Assembly (NCBI GenBank): GCA_017461545.1
Contig: JAFTXP010000003.1
Location: forward strand, 15,549-79,548
Direction: 5' to 3'
DNA from: Clostridia bacterium
GTDB lineage: Bacteria > Bacillota > Clostridia > UBA1212
Length of the DNA stretch: 64,000 bases
Shown: in pieces, positions 1-9,558 of the stretch
Position numbering within the stretch: position 1 is the first letter of the stretch
Layout: each line of letters starts with the position of its first letter
Program-made: the position numbers and the translations under genes
The notes under the pieces: model-generated
Told to the model about the DNA's origin: nothing
The model's input: the letters and a program-made list of their open reading frames with translations, nothing else
Database searches by the model: none

Positions 1-759
1 CAGTTCATAAAAGAATATTCCATTCATGTCGGCGCATCTGTTTTTTTATATATGACATCGTGCGTATATATGTTTGCTTTTGCTGCTATAAAGCAGTCAT
101 TGGCAACCGCGCTTATGATGATTGCCTTTACATTTGCGGTGGAGAAAAAGTGGGTCAGATTTTTTATGATACTTGCAATCGCTATGTCTATACATGCATT
201 TGCGTTTGTCTTTGTCGTGACGCCGCTGTTTGTAAAAAGCGCGTGGGGTAAATGGTCGTATGCGGTGCTTTTCGGCTCGCTGGGAGTCGGTGTGCTATTC
301 AACAGCTTTATAGGAGTTTTCCTTTCTATTCTCGGTTCTATTGACGATTATTATACTGCCGATGTATTGTCAGGAAACGGTGTGAGCTTGTTCCGTGTAA
401 TGGTTTTCTTTGTTCCGGTTGGTCTTTCATGGCTATGCAGAAGTTATATAAAAAAACAGAATGACAGGATGCTGAATCTTTGCTGTAATTTTTCTTTGAT
501 AGGATTCGCGTTTATGTTTATTGCCATGTTCGGAAATCCTGTATTGTTCGGAAGAATGGGCAACTATTTTCTGCCGTTCTCTTTGGTAACGGTGTGTTAC
601 ATGGTCTTCAGATGTTCAAAAAAACAAAACAGACTTATTATGATAATAATAATGGGTATGGGATATCTGGTATATTTCTATGTGTATTTTAAAATCTATA
701 TAGATGCGGGCTGGAATGACTTCTTTGCGCATGCTGAGTTTATGTCACTTTTTAAATAG
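1..759 (+). CDS. EpsG family / Wzy-like polysaccharide polymerase (5'-truncated by window edge)
   Basis: The frame is open from base 1. The protein is multi-TM hydrophobic with EpsG-like motifs (IKQSLA, IHAFA, GRMGNYF) and lies upstream of GT genes. Confidence 0.75.
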   Translation, partial: QFIKEYSIHVGASVFLYMTSCVYMFAFAAIKQSLATALMMIAFTFAVEKKWVRFFMILAIAMSIHAFAFVFVVTPLFVKSAWGKWSYAVLFGSLGVGVLFNSFIGVFLSILGSIDDYYTADVLSGNGVSLFRVMVFFVPVGLSWLCRSYIKKQNDRMLNLCCNFSLIGFAFMFIAMFGNPVLFGRMGNYFLPFSLVTVCYMVFRCSKKQNRLIMIIIMGMGYLVYFYVYFKIYIDAGWNDFFAHAEFMSLFK

Positions 760-778
760 ATAAATTGGGAGCGGTTTT

Positions 779-1909
779 ATGAGACGTGTATTACACATTG
801 TAGGAAATATGAATATGGGCGGCACCGAGACATATCTAATGAACATTTACAGAAATGTTGACCGCGAAAAGCTTCAGTTTGATTTTGTCACCTACGGTAG
901 AATAGGCGAAAAAGACTACTATGAGGATGAAATTATTTCGCTGGGAGGTAAGGTATATAAGCTGCCTTCAGTCGGCGCGATGGGTTTTGGCGGATTAATA
1001 AAAGAGCTCCGTAAGTTATTAAAAGAAACCCACTATGATGCCGTACATGCACATACAATGTATAACAGCGGATTTGCAATGATTGCAGCAAAAAAAGAAA
1101 AAGTGCCGATCAGAGTTGTACATTCGCATACTACAAAAAAAGATACGTCAAAATCGATAAAAAACAAACTGTACAACGGCGTGATGCGTTCAATTATAAA
1201 CCGGAATACAACTATGTGCTGCGCTTGCAGTAAAGCGGCGGCAGAGGTTATGTTTACGCAGAAATCAATTGCAAGAAAATATAAGTTTATGGGAAATGCC
1301 GTTGACTTTTCCAAATACTACAGTACAACGGAACAGACAGACGCTGTTCGAAGTGAGCTCGGAATACCGGATGACGCAAAGGTTTTAGGGCATGTCGGAC
1401 GTTTCGGCAAATCCAAAAACCATGCATTTGCTGTAGATGTTTTTAAAGCGTACACAGAAAAATATGATAAAGATGCATATATGATTTTTGTCGGCGGCGG
1501 AGATCAAAAGGTGAGAACTGCAACTGAAGAAAAGGTAAAAACTCTCGGCTTGTCTGATAAAGTGATATTTACGGGGGTCAGAGGAGATGTTCCTGCGGTA
1601 ATGGGCGCTATGGACATATTTGTTTTCCCTTCTATATATGAAGGCTTGGGAATAGTCCTTTTGGAGGCGCAGGCGGCAGGTCTGAACTGTGTTGTATCGG
1701 AAAATATCCAGCCTGAAGCTGACCTCGGAATAGGCATGTTGCACTGGGTAAATTTGTCCGAGGGAGCAGAGGCGTGGGCTGATGAAATTCACCGGAATAT
1801 CGGAACAAAAATCACCGATAAAGATTATGTAAAAGAAAGCATAGAAAAAAGTTCATTCAGACTTGATAAAGTGGTAAATGATTTTTACTGTATATATGAT
1901 GTGAAATAA
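779..1909 (+). CDS. Glycosyltransferase family 4 (EpsF-like)
   Basis: MNMGGTET N-terminus, HSH, and FPSIYEGLGIVLLEAQAAG (ExFG/E-x7-E-type) motif. Confidence 0.9.
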   Translation: MRRVLHIVGNMNMGGTETYLMNIYRNVDREKLQFDFVTYGRIGEKDYYEDEIISLGGKVYKLPSVGAMGFGGLIKELRKLLKETHYDAVHAHTMYNSGFAMIAAKKEKVPIRVVHSHTTKKDTSKSIKNKLYNGVMRSIINRNTTMCCACSKAAAEVMFTQKSIARKYKFMGNAVDFSKYYSTTEQTDAVRSELGIPDDAKVLGHVGRFGKSKNHAFAVDVFKAYTEKYDKDAYMIFVGGGDQKVRTATEEKVKTLGLSDKVIFTGVRGDVPAVMGAMDIFVFPSIYEGLGIVLLEAQAAGLNCVVSENIQPEADLGIGMLHWVNLSEGAEAWADEIHRNIGTKITDKDYVKESIEKSSFRLDKVVNDFYCIYDVK

Positions 1910-1947
1910 TATTGTTATAAAAAATTAAAAACGAGGGAGGTGTATTT

Positions 1948-3162
1948 GTGAAAAAGATACTGTTTGTTATGAGCGGTATGAATATAGGAGGCGCCGAGAG
2001 AGCCTTATTGGGATTATTGAGTGCCATTGACTACACCAAATACACGGTTGACCTTTTTTTGCTGCGTCATTCCGGAGAACTTATGACGCATATAGATAAA
2101 AGAGTTAATTTGTTACCGCCGGATAAAAACTATAATATTTTTGCACGTCCGCTCGGTGCTATTATCAAGGCAGGACGTTTTAATGCAGCTTTCGGACGTA
2201 TTCGCGCAAAGATTTCGGCAAAAAAATATAACCGCAGCCACGGTTATTCTAAAACTAGCGGTGTTGAGCTCGAATACAGCCATAAGTATACCGTAAAAAA
2301 TTTGCCTGAGATTAATCCTCAGGTTGAGTACGATTTGGCGGTAAGTTTTATAACACCACATTATATTGTTGCTCAAAAAGTAAGGGCTAAGGTAAAAATT
2401 GCGTGGATTCATACTGATTATTCCAAGATGAATATTGATGAGGTTTCTGAACTTGCCATGTGGGACGCATATGACCGTATAATATCAATTTCAGACAGCG
2501 TGACGGAAGGTTTTTTGAAAAAGTTCCCTGAATTGGAAAGAAAAATCACAGTAATAGAACATATAATTCCGAAAGATTTTATATGTTCTCAGACTGAGTC
2601 TGTTGAAATGTATATAGCAGAGGAAGAAATGCCAGAAGAGAAAGGTGTAATAAGGCTGCTTTCAATAGGCAGATTCTGTTATGCGAAGAATTTTGATAAT
2701 GTTCCCGAGATATGTAAACTTGTGAGGGACATGGGTGTGAACGTAAAATGGTATCTGATAGGATTCGGCCCTGACGAAGCTTTTATAAAAGAGAAAATAG
2801 AAGAATTCGGTATGCAGGATTATGTGATTGTTCTGGGAAAAAAGGCAAATCCGTACCCGTACCTTTCAAAGTGCGACTTTTATGTTCAGCCGTCGAGATT
2901 TGAGGGTAAGGCGGTTACCGTGTGCGAGTCGCTTGTACTTAAAAAACAGACTGTTTTGGCAGACTATATGACTGCAGAAAGCCAGATAAAAAACGGTATT
3001 GACGGAGTTATTTTGTCTCAGGACACAGCGGAATTTGCCAAAGGTCTTGTTGATTTTATAAAGAACAGTGAATTACAGGCATCCATTTCAGCGGAAATGT
3101 CTAAAAACGATTATACAGGCAGCCATGAAGTTGAAAAGCTTTATAAGTTGATGGGAGAATGA
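1948..3162 (+). CDS. Glycosyltransferase family 4
   Basis: IGGAE N-terminal motif, WIHTDY, QPSRFEGKAVTVCE; GGAGG RBS before the GTG start. Confidence 0.9.
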   Translation: MKKILFVMSGMNIGGAERALLGLLSAIDYTKYTVDLFLLRHSGELMTHIDKRVNLLPPDKNYNIFARPLGAIIKAGRFNAAFGRIRAKISAKKYNRSHGYSKTSGVELEYSHKYTVKNLPEINPQVEYDLAVSFITPHYIVAQKVRAKVKIAWIHTDYSKMNIDEVSELAMWDAYDRIISISDSVTEGFLKKFPELERKITVIEHIIPKDFICSQTESVEMYIAEEEMPEEKGVIRLLSIGRFCYAKNFDNVPEICKLVRDMGVNVKWYLIGFGPDEAFIKEKIEEFGMQDYVIVLGKKANPYPYLSKCDFYVQPSRFEGKAVTVCESLVLKKQTVLADYMTAESQIKNGIDGVILSQDTAEFAKGLVDFIKNSELQASISAEMSKNDYTGSHEVEKLYKLMGE

Positions 3163-3167
3163 GCTAA

Positions 3168-4166
3168 ATGGTCAGGTACAGCATTATAATGCCGGTATAC
3201 AACAAAGAAGATTTTATCGAAAAAACTGTCCGTTCGGTTATGGCGCAGAACACCGCAGAATGGGAAATAATAGCGGTTGACGATGAATCGACCGACGAAA
3301 GTCTTGAAATATTGCGCCGCCTGGAGGCTGAAGATTCTCGGATAAAAGTATTCACAATCGAGAACAAAGGCGTATCAAATGCCAGAAATTTTGCACTTTC
3401 GAAGGCTTGCGGCGAGTATGTGATGTTCCTTGATGCGGACGATACCATGAAGGCCGGCCTTTTAGAAGAATTTGACCGCATATTGTCAGAGCAGGATGTC
3501 GATATAATATTTACACCGTTTGATTATATAAACGAAAAAGATGAGTTGTTTGCATCGTGTGAGTCGGGTTTTGCGGAGGGTGTCTGCGATATTGAAAAAT
3601 TTTTCAGTACATTGCCCGATAAGCAGGCCGAAAACGGATTCTTCGGATTTGTTACAAATAAGCTTGTTAAAATAAGCATTATTGCTGAAAACGGTATTGA
3701 GTTTGACACAAATATAAAGCTTGCAGAGGATCTGGACTTTTTCCTTCGTGTATACGACAAGGCTGAAAAATTTTATTTTTCCGACAAAAAGTCATTTAAT
3801 TATCTTCAGTATTCACAGAGCAGTTCAAATACGATGACGGTTGATTATTATTCCCAGATAATCATACAGCTGAGACTGAAAAAACTTTTACAAAACAAAG
3901 GTTTGAACCTTAAAAAAGGCGGCATAACCGACAGACAGATAACAAAATATATTTGCTGCTACATAATCGAGCAGCTTCCGGGCAGTATGAAGGCGTTTTG
4001 TGATAAGCAAAAGATTTTATACAAGAATGCAGATGCCATGAAGTCGATTACTTTAAACGGCTTTCCGGTGTTCAAAAAGCTGATGCTTTTGCTTGCCAAA
4101 GGAAAAATGAGCAGACTGCAGTATTTCGTGCTTAACGCAAAAAGAAAGTTGAGGGGCGGAAGATGA
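3168..4166 (+). CDS. Glycosyltransferase family 2
   Basis: SIIMPVYN, VDDESTD, GVSNARN, FLDADD, ED motif. Confidence 0.92.
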   Translation: MVRYSIIMPVYNKEDFIEKTVRSVMAQNTAEWEIIAVDDESTDESLEILRRLEAEDSRIKVFTIENKGVSNARNFALSKACGEYVMFLDADDTMKAGLLEEFDRILSEQDVDIIFTPFDYINEKDELFASCESGFAEGVCDIEKFFSTLPDKQAENGFFGFVTNKLVKISIIAENGIEFDTNIKLAEDLDFFLRVYDKAEKFYFSDKKSFNYLQYSQSSSNTMTVDYYSQIIIQLRLKKLLQNKGLNLKKGGITDRQITKYICCYIIEQLPGSMKAFCDKQKILYKNADAMKSITLNGFPVFKKLMLLLAKGKMSRLQYFVLNAKRKLRGGR

Positions 4167-5131
4167 ATGATAAACCTTTGATAAGCATTGTGATGCCTGT
4201 GTATAAGGTTGAAAAGTATATTAGAAAAAGCTTGGATTGTGTTGTAAACCAAACTTACACTAATCTTGAAATTATACTTGTGGATGACGGTTCTCCGGAT
4301 AATTGTCCTAAAATATGTGATGAGTATGCTGCAAAGGATTCACGTATTAAAGTTATACATAAGGAAAACGGCGGAATAGGCAGTGCGAGAAATGCAGGTC
4401 TAAAGAATTCGACGGGAGATTATATTATAATTTTTGACCCTGACGATTATGTTACTTCGGATATCTGTGAAAAAGCGATAGATGCGGCTGTTAGGCATGA
4501 TGCGGATATTGTAGTTTTTAATTATAAAAAAATCGATGCAGACGGTAATTTTATAAAAAAAATAAATCGCAAAAATCCAATAAAGCTTCCGGGCGAGGAG
4601 ACCGAGTTGACGAGCGGCAAGCTGTTTGACATGATTGTATCTGTTGACAGCGAAATCGGAGGTTTTACGTGGAATAAGCTGATAAAGCGTGAGAAAATAA
4701 AAGATATGCGGTATATTGAGGAGCGTATAGCATCTGAGGATCTTCTTTTTATGCAGAGAGTTCCGGAAAGACTTGAAAATATTATATATATTCCGGATGA
4801 GTTGTATTTTTATATTATGCATCCAAGCAGTGCATCTAATGCGGCATCTGATACTGATATTACCGAAATTTATATAAGAGACGAGATAATGGTAACTGCA
4901 AAGAAATATTTCCCGGAGCATATAGATATGTGCCTTTTTTCTATGGCAGAAATCAGTTTTCAAGTTATCAAAAGAGTTAAAAATCACCGTGATGCGGTAA
5001 AAAAATGTAGTAAGATAATGCGAAAATACATGGGCGATATTGTGAAATGTAAAAGAATTTCTGCAAAGCAAAGATTTTTCTATGTGCTTTGTTCGATATG
5101 TCCGAGAGTTTATTTGACTTTGCGAAAATAA
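4163..5131 (+). CDS. Glycosyltransferase family 2
   Basis: SIVMPVYKVE, VDDGSPD, NGGIGSARN, DPDD; ATGA overlap with the previous gene. Confidence 0.92.
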   Translation: MNDKPLISIVMPVYKVEKYIRKSLDCVVNQTYTNLEIILVDDGSPDNCPKICDEYAAKDSRIKVIHKENGGIGSARNAGLKNSTGDYIIIFDPDDYVTSDICEKAIDAAVRHDADIVVFNYKKIDADGNFIKKINRKNPIKLPGEETELTSGKLFDMIVSVDSEIGGFTWNKLIKREKIKDMRYIEERIASEDLLFMQRVPERLENIIYIPDELYFYIMHPSSASNAASDTDITEIYIRDEIMVTAKKYFPEHIDMCLFSMAEISFQVIKRVKNHRDAVKKCSKIMRKYMGDIVKCKRISAKQRFFYVLCSICPRVYLTLRK

Positions 5132-5146
5132 CAGGAGGTCTTTTAG

Positions 5147-6247
5147 TTGGTAGCTTTGATTGTAAGCACACCGTATCAGTTGATAAATTATTTGAATCTA
5201 ATAAAAAGTCAGGGTAGGGAATGTGTTATTTTTGTAAGATTGGTTGGGAAAAACTCAAAAATACTTGCCAAGGATTTTAATTTGGCAGGATTGAAAGAGG
5301 ACTTTATAAAGGATGTTTATCTTTTCGATACTACAGCTTTTAAATCTCCCGGTTTTATCAAAAAACTTTTCTACAAAATAAAATATGGAGATAAAAGTGT
5401 CATAAAGTTTTATGTTCCGGATATGAATTTGAAATACAAATTTGACGAAGTTTTTATGCCTAAATTTGAAACATACTTTAATATTTTTTCCTCGCTTTAT
5501 ACGGATGACGTAAAGTTTTCTTTTGTCGAAGATGGTATCGGTGATTATCTATATGATGATTTTTTGGACGAAGGTGTCAAATGCCCCGGATATATCAAAC
5601 CGATTGTATCAAAGATTGATTCAAGGTATCTTGTGGTGTGGGAGCTTTTTAAGAAGAAAACACAGGTGCCGATAAAAAAACTACCGCTTTTGAAGTTGGA
5701 TTCGATGCCTAAAACTTTACTTGATTGTTTTCCGTGCAGAGAAGATAAATCGCGTTTTAATCGGTTTGTGTATTTTGCGCAGATGTTTGACGCACTACCT
5801 ATTCAAACGGAATGTCCGAGGATAGAGAAAGAAATTTACGATACCATAAGAGATGTTTTATCTGAAGATGAGATAACAGTTAAGTTGCATCCGCGTTCCG
5901 AGGTAAATATGTATGGTGATGGTGCTATAATAACAAATACTCCATGGGAGCTTACTGCTGTCATTGATGAGAATATTGAAAACAGAGTACTGATATCAAT
6001 GTGTTCGGGTTCGGTTTTTTATTCAAAGCTTTTATGCGACAAAGAACCGTATGTAATCTGCGTGATGAAATTGTACTTGCCGTATGTATATACAGATTCC
6101 GAAAAAGATACAGCTGAAAAAGAACGCACGATGGATTTTATTTACGGAGTAAAAAACACTTACAAAAATAAAGAAAAATTTATGATACCGGAGACTGTTG
6201 AGGAACTCCGGGAGATGCTGGAAAGTATTAAGCAAGGAAAGGTGTAA
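5147..6247 (+). CDS. Putative sialyltransferase / nonulosonic acid transferase (GT-B)
   Basis: STPYQL N-terminus, VEDG and KLHPR motifs typical of bacterial (poly)sialyltransferases; directly upstream of neuA/neuB-like genes. Confidence 0.65.
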   Translation: MVALIVSTPYQLINYLNLIKSQGRECVIFVRLVGKNSKILAKDFNLAGLKEDFIKDVYLFDTTAFKSPGFIKKLFYKIKYGDKSVIKFYVPDMNLKYKFDEVFMPKFETYFNIFSSLYTDDVKFSFVEDGIGDYLYDDFLDEGVKCPGYIKPIVSKIDSRYLVVWELFKKKTQVPIKKLPLLKLDSMPKTLLDCFPCREDKSRFNRFVYFAQMFDALPIQTECPRIEKEIYDTIRDVLSEDEITVKLHPRSEVNMYGDGAIITNTPWELTAVIDENIENRVLISMCSGSVFYSKLLCDKEPYVICVMKLYLPYVYTDSEKDTAEKERTMDFIYGVKNTYKNKEKFMIPETVEELREMLESIKQGKV

Positions 6248-6249
6248 TT

Positions 6250-7275
6250 ATGAAAGACAAGAAAGTTGTTGCAATAATTCCCGCACGTAGCGGTTCGAAA
6301 TCCGTAAAAGACAAAAATATAAGAGTTATGAACGGCAAACCGATGATAGCATATTCTATCGAACAGGCACTTGCGTCGAAACACATTGACCGCGTTATTG
6401 TAAGTACCGATAGCGAGGAATATAAGAAGCTTGCCGAAGAGTACGGTGCAGAAGTCCCTTTTTTGAGACCTGCAGAGATTTCGGGAGATTTTTCTCTTGA
6501 TATTGACGTTTTCAAACATGCTCTCAGCTGGCTTAATGAGAATGAAAATTATGTGCCGGATATATTTGTACATTTGAGACCGACTCATCCGATAAGAGAA
6601 GTAAAAGATATTGACACAATGATTGAATTGCTGATCAATGACAGCGAGGCAGATGCGGTCAGAAGTTTGTCTCCTGCGGCACAGACTCCGTATAAGATGT
6701 GGCTTGTCGATGAAAACAGCACTCTTTCACCTGTTGCCACCTGCGACGTAAAAGAAGCGTACAATGCTCCGCGGCAGATACTTCCGAAGGCATATATGCA
6801 GAACGCCTGTATTGATGTTATAAGAAGCAGTACAATCGGAGAGAAGTCCTCGATGACAGGTGATAAAATACTAGGTTATCCAATGGATTATGACTTTGAT
6901 ATTGACACTGAAGCAGACTTTTTGAGAGCCGAGCAGCATATTTTTCTCAAATCATGCATGGATTCAGATAAGAAATTGACAATCGTGTGTGACATTGACG
7001 GAGTTATCGCGGGAAAGACTGCGGAAAATAATTATGCAAAAGCCTTCCCAATTAAGCACAATATTGATATAATTAATAAAATGTATGACAAAGGACATAA
7101 GATAGTTTTACACACTGCCAGAGGATATGTTACGGGTATTGACTGGTCTGAGGTTACAAAACAGCAGATGGCTGACTGGGGGCTTAAGTACCACGAGCTC
7201 AGATTTGGAAAACCGAATGCGGACATTTACATCGACGACAGATTTTATGATATTTCGGCATTGGAAACATTGTGA
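6250..7275 (+). CDS. neuA: CMP-nonulosonic acid synthetase (NeuA family) fused to C-terminal HAD phosphatase domain
   Basis: AIIPARSGSKSVKDKN, VSTDS and DIDT..DF motifs; C-terminal CDIDGVI (DxD), TARG and GKP..DIYIDD HAD motifs. Confidence 0.88.
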   Translation: MKDKKVVAIIPARSGSKSVKDKNIRVMNGKPMIAYSIEQALASKHIDRVIVSTDSEEYKKLAEEYGAEVPFLRPAEISGDFSLDIDVFKHALSWLNENENYVPDIFVHLRPTHPIREVKDIDTMIELLINDSEADAVRSLSPAAQTPYKMWLVDENSTLSPVATCDVKEAYNAPRQILPKAYMQNACIDVIRSSTIGEKSSMTGDKILGYPMDYDFDIDTEADFLRAEQHIFLKSCMDSDKKLTIVCDIDGVIAGKTAENNYAKAFPIKHNIDIINKMYDKGHKIVLHTARGYVTGIDWSEVTKQQMADWGLKYHELRFGKPNADIYIDDRFYDISALETL

Positions 7276-7316
7276 TAATGCCAAGTGTTTGACAGAATAA
7301 GCAAAGGAGAAAAATT

Positions 7317-8804
7317 ATGAACGAGAGATTTAAGGATTTAATTATCTTTGAGATGGCCAACAATCATCAGGGCGATGTTTCGCACGGCCTTAAGATAATA
7401 GAGAAGTTAGGTTCCGCTGTACATAAGTACGGTATAAATGCTGCGGTTAAGTTCCAATACAGAGATCTTGACACAATGATTCATCCTGATTTCATCGGAA
7501 GACCCGACGTGAAACACATACCGAGATTCTTGTCCACAAGACTTTCGGCAGATGAGTTTTTTACAATGGTACAGGCCGTAAAAAACGCCGGTATGCAGAC
7601 TATGTGTACTCCCTTTGACGAGGTGTCTGTTGACCTTTGCATGGATCACGGAATCGATATCATAAAAATTGCAAGCTGCAGTGCGCTTGACTGGCCGCTT
7701 CTGGAGAAGATTGCGGAGACAAAGAAACCTGTCATAGTTTCCACAGGCGGAAAAACATTCTCCGATATCGATAAAATTTACAGTTTCTTTACTCACAGAA
7801 ATACCGATTTTGCTATGCTTCACTGTGTGGGTATGTACCCGGTTAAAGATGAGGATGTGCAACTTGACTGTATGGACCGTATGAAAAACCGCTATCCGGA
7901 TATTGCTATCGGTTATTCGGGACACGAGAATCCGAAAGACTTCAGCATTGCTAAAATGGCCATTGCAAAGGGAGCGGATATCGTAGAAAGACATGTAGGT
8001 CTTGCCACCGATACAATAAAGTTAAACGCATATTCCACAAACGCAGACGATGTTGACGGATGGATAGAAGCAATTTTGTCAGCGAGAAAAATCTGCGGTA
8101 AAAAGAATGTTAAAAATATTCCTCAGAGTGAGCTCATTTCTATGGACGAGCTTGCAAGAGGCTGCTACGCTGCCGTTGCCATAAAGAAAGGTGACACAAT
8201 AAAACGCGAAGATGTATTCTTTGCGATGCCCTGCGGAAGGGAGCAGACCACAAGCGGTCAGCTCTCTCCGACGATGGTTGCTTCAAAGGATTATGCTCCG
8301 CGCGAGGCTATTTTGGAGAAACCTGTCGTGTCACTCATAAAAGATACAAGAAGCATAATTCACGATGTAAAAGGTATGCTATATGAGGCAAAAATCGTTG
8401 TCGGAAGTGAGTTTGAGCTTGAACTTTCGCATCACTACGGTATGCAACATTTCAGACACTACGGCGCAACCATTATAAATGTCATAAACAGAGAATATTG
8501 TAAAAAATTGCTCGTAATACTTCCGGAACAGCAGCATCCGATCCATTACCACAAGGTGAAAGAGGAGACTTTCCAGGTTCTTTACGGAGATATGACACTT
8601 ACTCTTGACGGACAGGTTCGTCATATGAAAGCCGGAGAGGTTGCGACTGTAGAGAGAGGCGTTCCTCATGCATTCTCGTCTGTAAACGGATGTATTTTCG
8701 AGGAAGTTTCAACAACTCATGTTAAGAATGATTCGTACTATGATGACGAAAAAATTTCTTCGCTTGATATTATGGAGAGAAAGACAATTCTCACTGATTG
8801 GTAA
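7317..8804 (+). CDS. neuB: Nonulosonic acid synthase (NeuB family) with SAF/AFP-like domain and C-terminal cupin domain
   Basis: FEMANNHQG, VKFQ, TPFD, KIAS, GYSGHE and VERH motifs; C-terminal HPIHYHKVKEETF..PHAF..EEVST cupin. Confidence 0.88.
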   Translation: MNERFKDLIIFEMANNHQGDVSHGLKIIEKLGSAVHKYGINAAVKFQYRDLDTMIHPDFIGRPDVKHIPRFLSTRLSADEFFTMVQAVKNAGMQTMCTPFDEVSVDLCMDHGIDIIKIASCSALDWPLLEKIAETKKPVIVSTGGKTFSDIDKIYSFFTHRNTDFAMLHCVGMYPVKDEDVQLDCMDRMKNRYPDIAIGYSGHENPKDFSIAKMAIAKGADIVERHVGLATDTIKLNAYSTNADDVDGWIEAILSARKICGKKNVKNIPQSELISMDELARGCYAAVAIKKGDTIKREDVFFAMPCGREQTTSGQLSPTMVASKDYAPREAILEKPVVSLIKDTRSIIHDVKGMLYEAKIVVGSEFELELSHHYGMQHFRHYGATIINVINREYCKKLLVILPEQQHPIHYHKVKEETFQVLYGDMTLTLDGQVRHMKAGEVATVERGVPHAFSSVNGCIFEEVSTTHVKNDSYYDDEKISSLDIMERKTILTDW

Positions 8805-8826
8805 TATTCGGGGGTAGTTTTTCGAT

Positions 8827-9510
8827 ATGCTCACAGAGTTTACAAGAGAAGAATTCATAAATTACATAAATAACCAGCTTTTTAATATCTTTTGTTTCAG
8901 AACTGATATTTCAGAACTCGGAGAATATTATGATGTTGCGATAAAGCGTACTGAAAAGTGTTTTTCTGTTACTCAGAACAAATACTACAAAAATGCCGAA
9001 GGTGTTAGTCGCTTTTCACCGTTCCATTCGGGTCAGTATTCTATTTTCCTGTACTACTTGGCGAATGCTGCACATAAGGGTGGAAACAGTGCTCTTGCAA
9101 CAAAGCTTTATTATCTGAACAAGGTGTTGAACTGCGTTGAGTGGTATTACGAAATAGAACTTCCCGATGTATTCGGCGTAGAGCATCCCGTAGGTTCTGT
9201 TTTAGGCAGAGCAAAGTATGGTAACGGATTTTTTGTATATCAGGGTTGCACGGTGGGTGCAAACAAGAGAGTGTATCCGAAAATGGGAGACAATGTTTTG
9301 CTTTATGCCAATGCTACGATTCTCGGAGACTGTAATATCGGAAACAATGTAATAGTTTCTGCATGTACATATATAAAGGACGAAGATATTCCGGACAACT
9401 GTATAGTTTTCGGCACTTCTCCGAATTTGACGATAAAAAAGTATCCTGAAGAAATTATGCGAGAAAAGTTTTCTGCTTTTTGGGATTTGGATAAGATACA
9501 GCATGGGTAA
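8827..9510 (+). CDS. Hexapeptide-repeat (LbetaH) acetyltransferase, serine acetyltransferase-like
   Basis: HPVGSVLG, QGCTVG, GDNVLLYANATILGDCNIGNNV repeats. Confidence 0.8.
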   Translation: MLTEFTREEFINYINNQLFNIFCFRTDISELGEYYDVAIKRTEKCFSVTQNKYYKNAEGVSRFSPFHSGQYSIFLYYLANAAHKGGNSALATKLYYLNKVLNCVEWYYEIELPDVFGVEHPVGSVLGRAKYGNGFFVYQGCTVGANKRVYPKMGDNVLLYANATILGDCNIGNNVIVSACTYIKDEDIPDNCIVFGTSPNLTIKKYPEEIMREKFSAFWDLDKIQHG

Positions 9511-9558
9511 TAATCTTTGCCGATAAAATTGTAATATGGCGGTATTTGGAGGATTGTA

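Noticed and set aside
4400-5071. 223-aa minus-strand ORF (similarly 7407-7994, 23601-24434, 48144-48767, 49163-49798)
   Set aside because: All lie antisense to well-supported genes and have no motifs or RBS.
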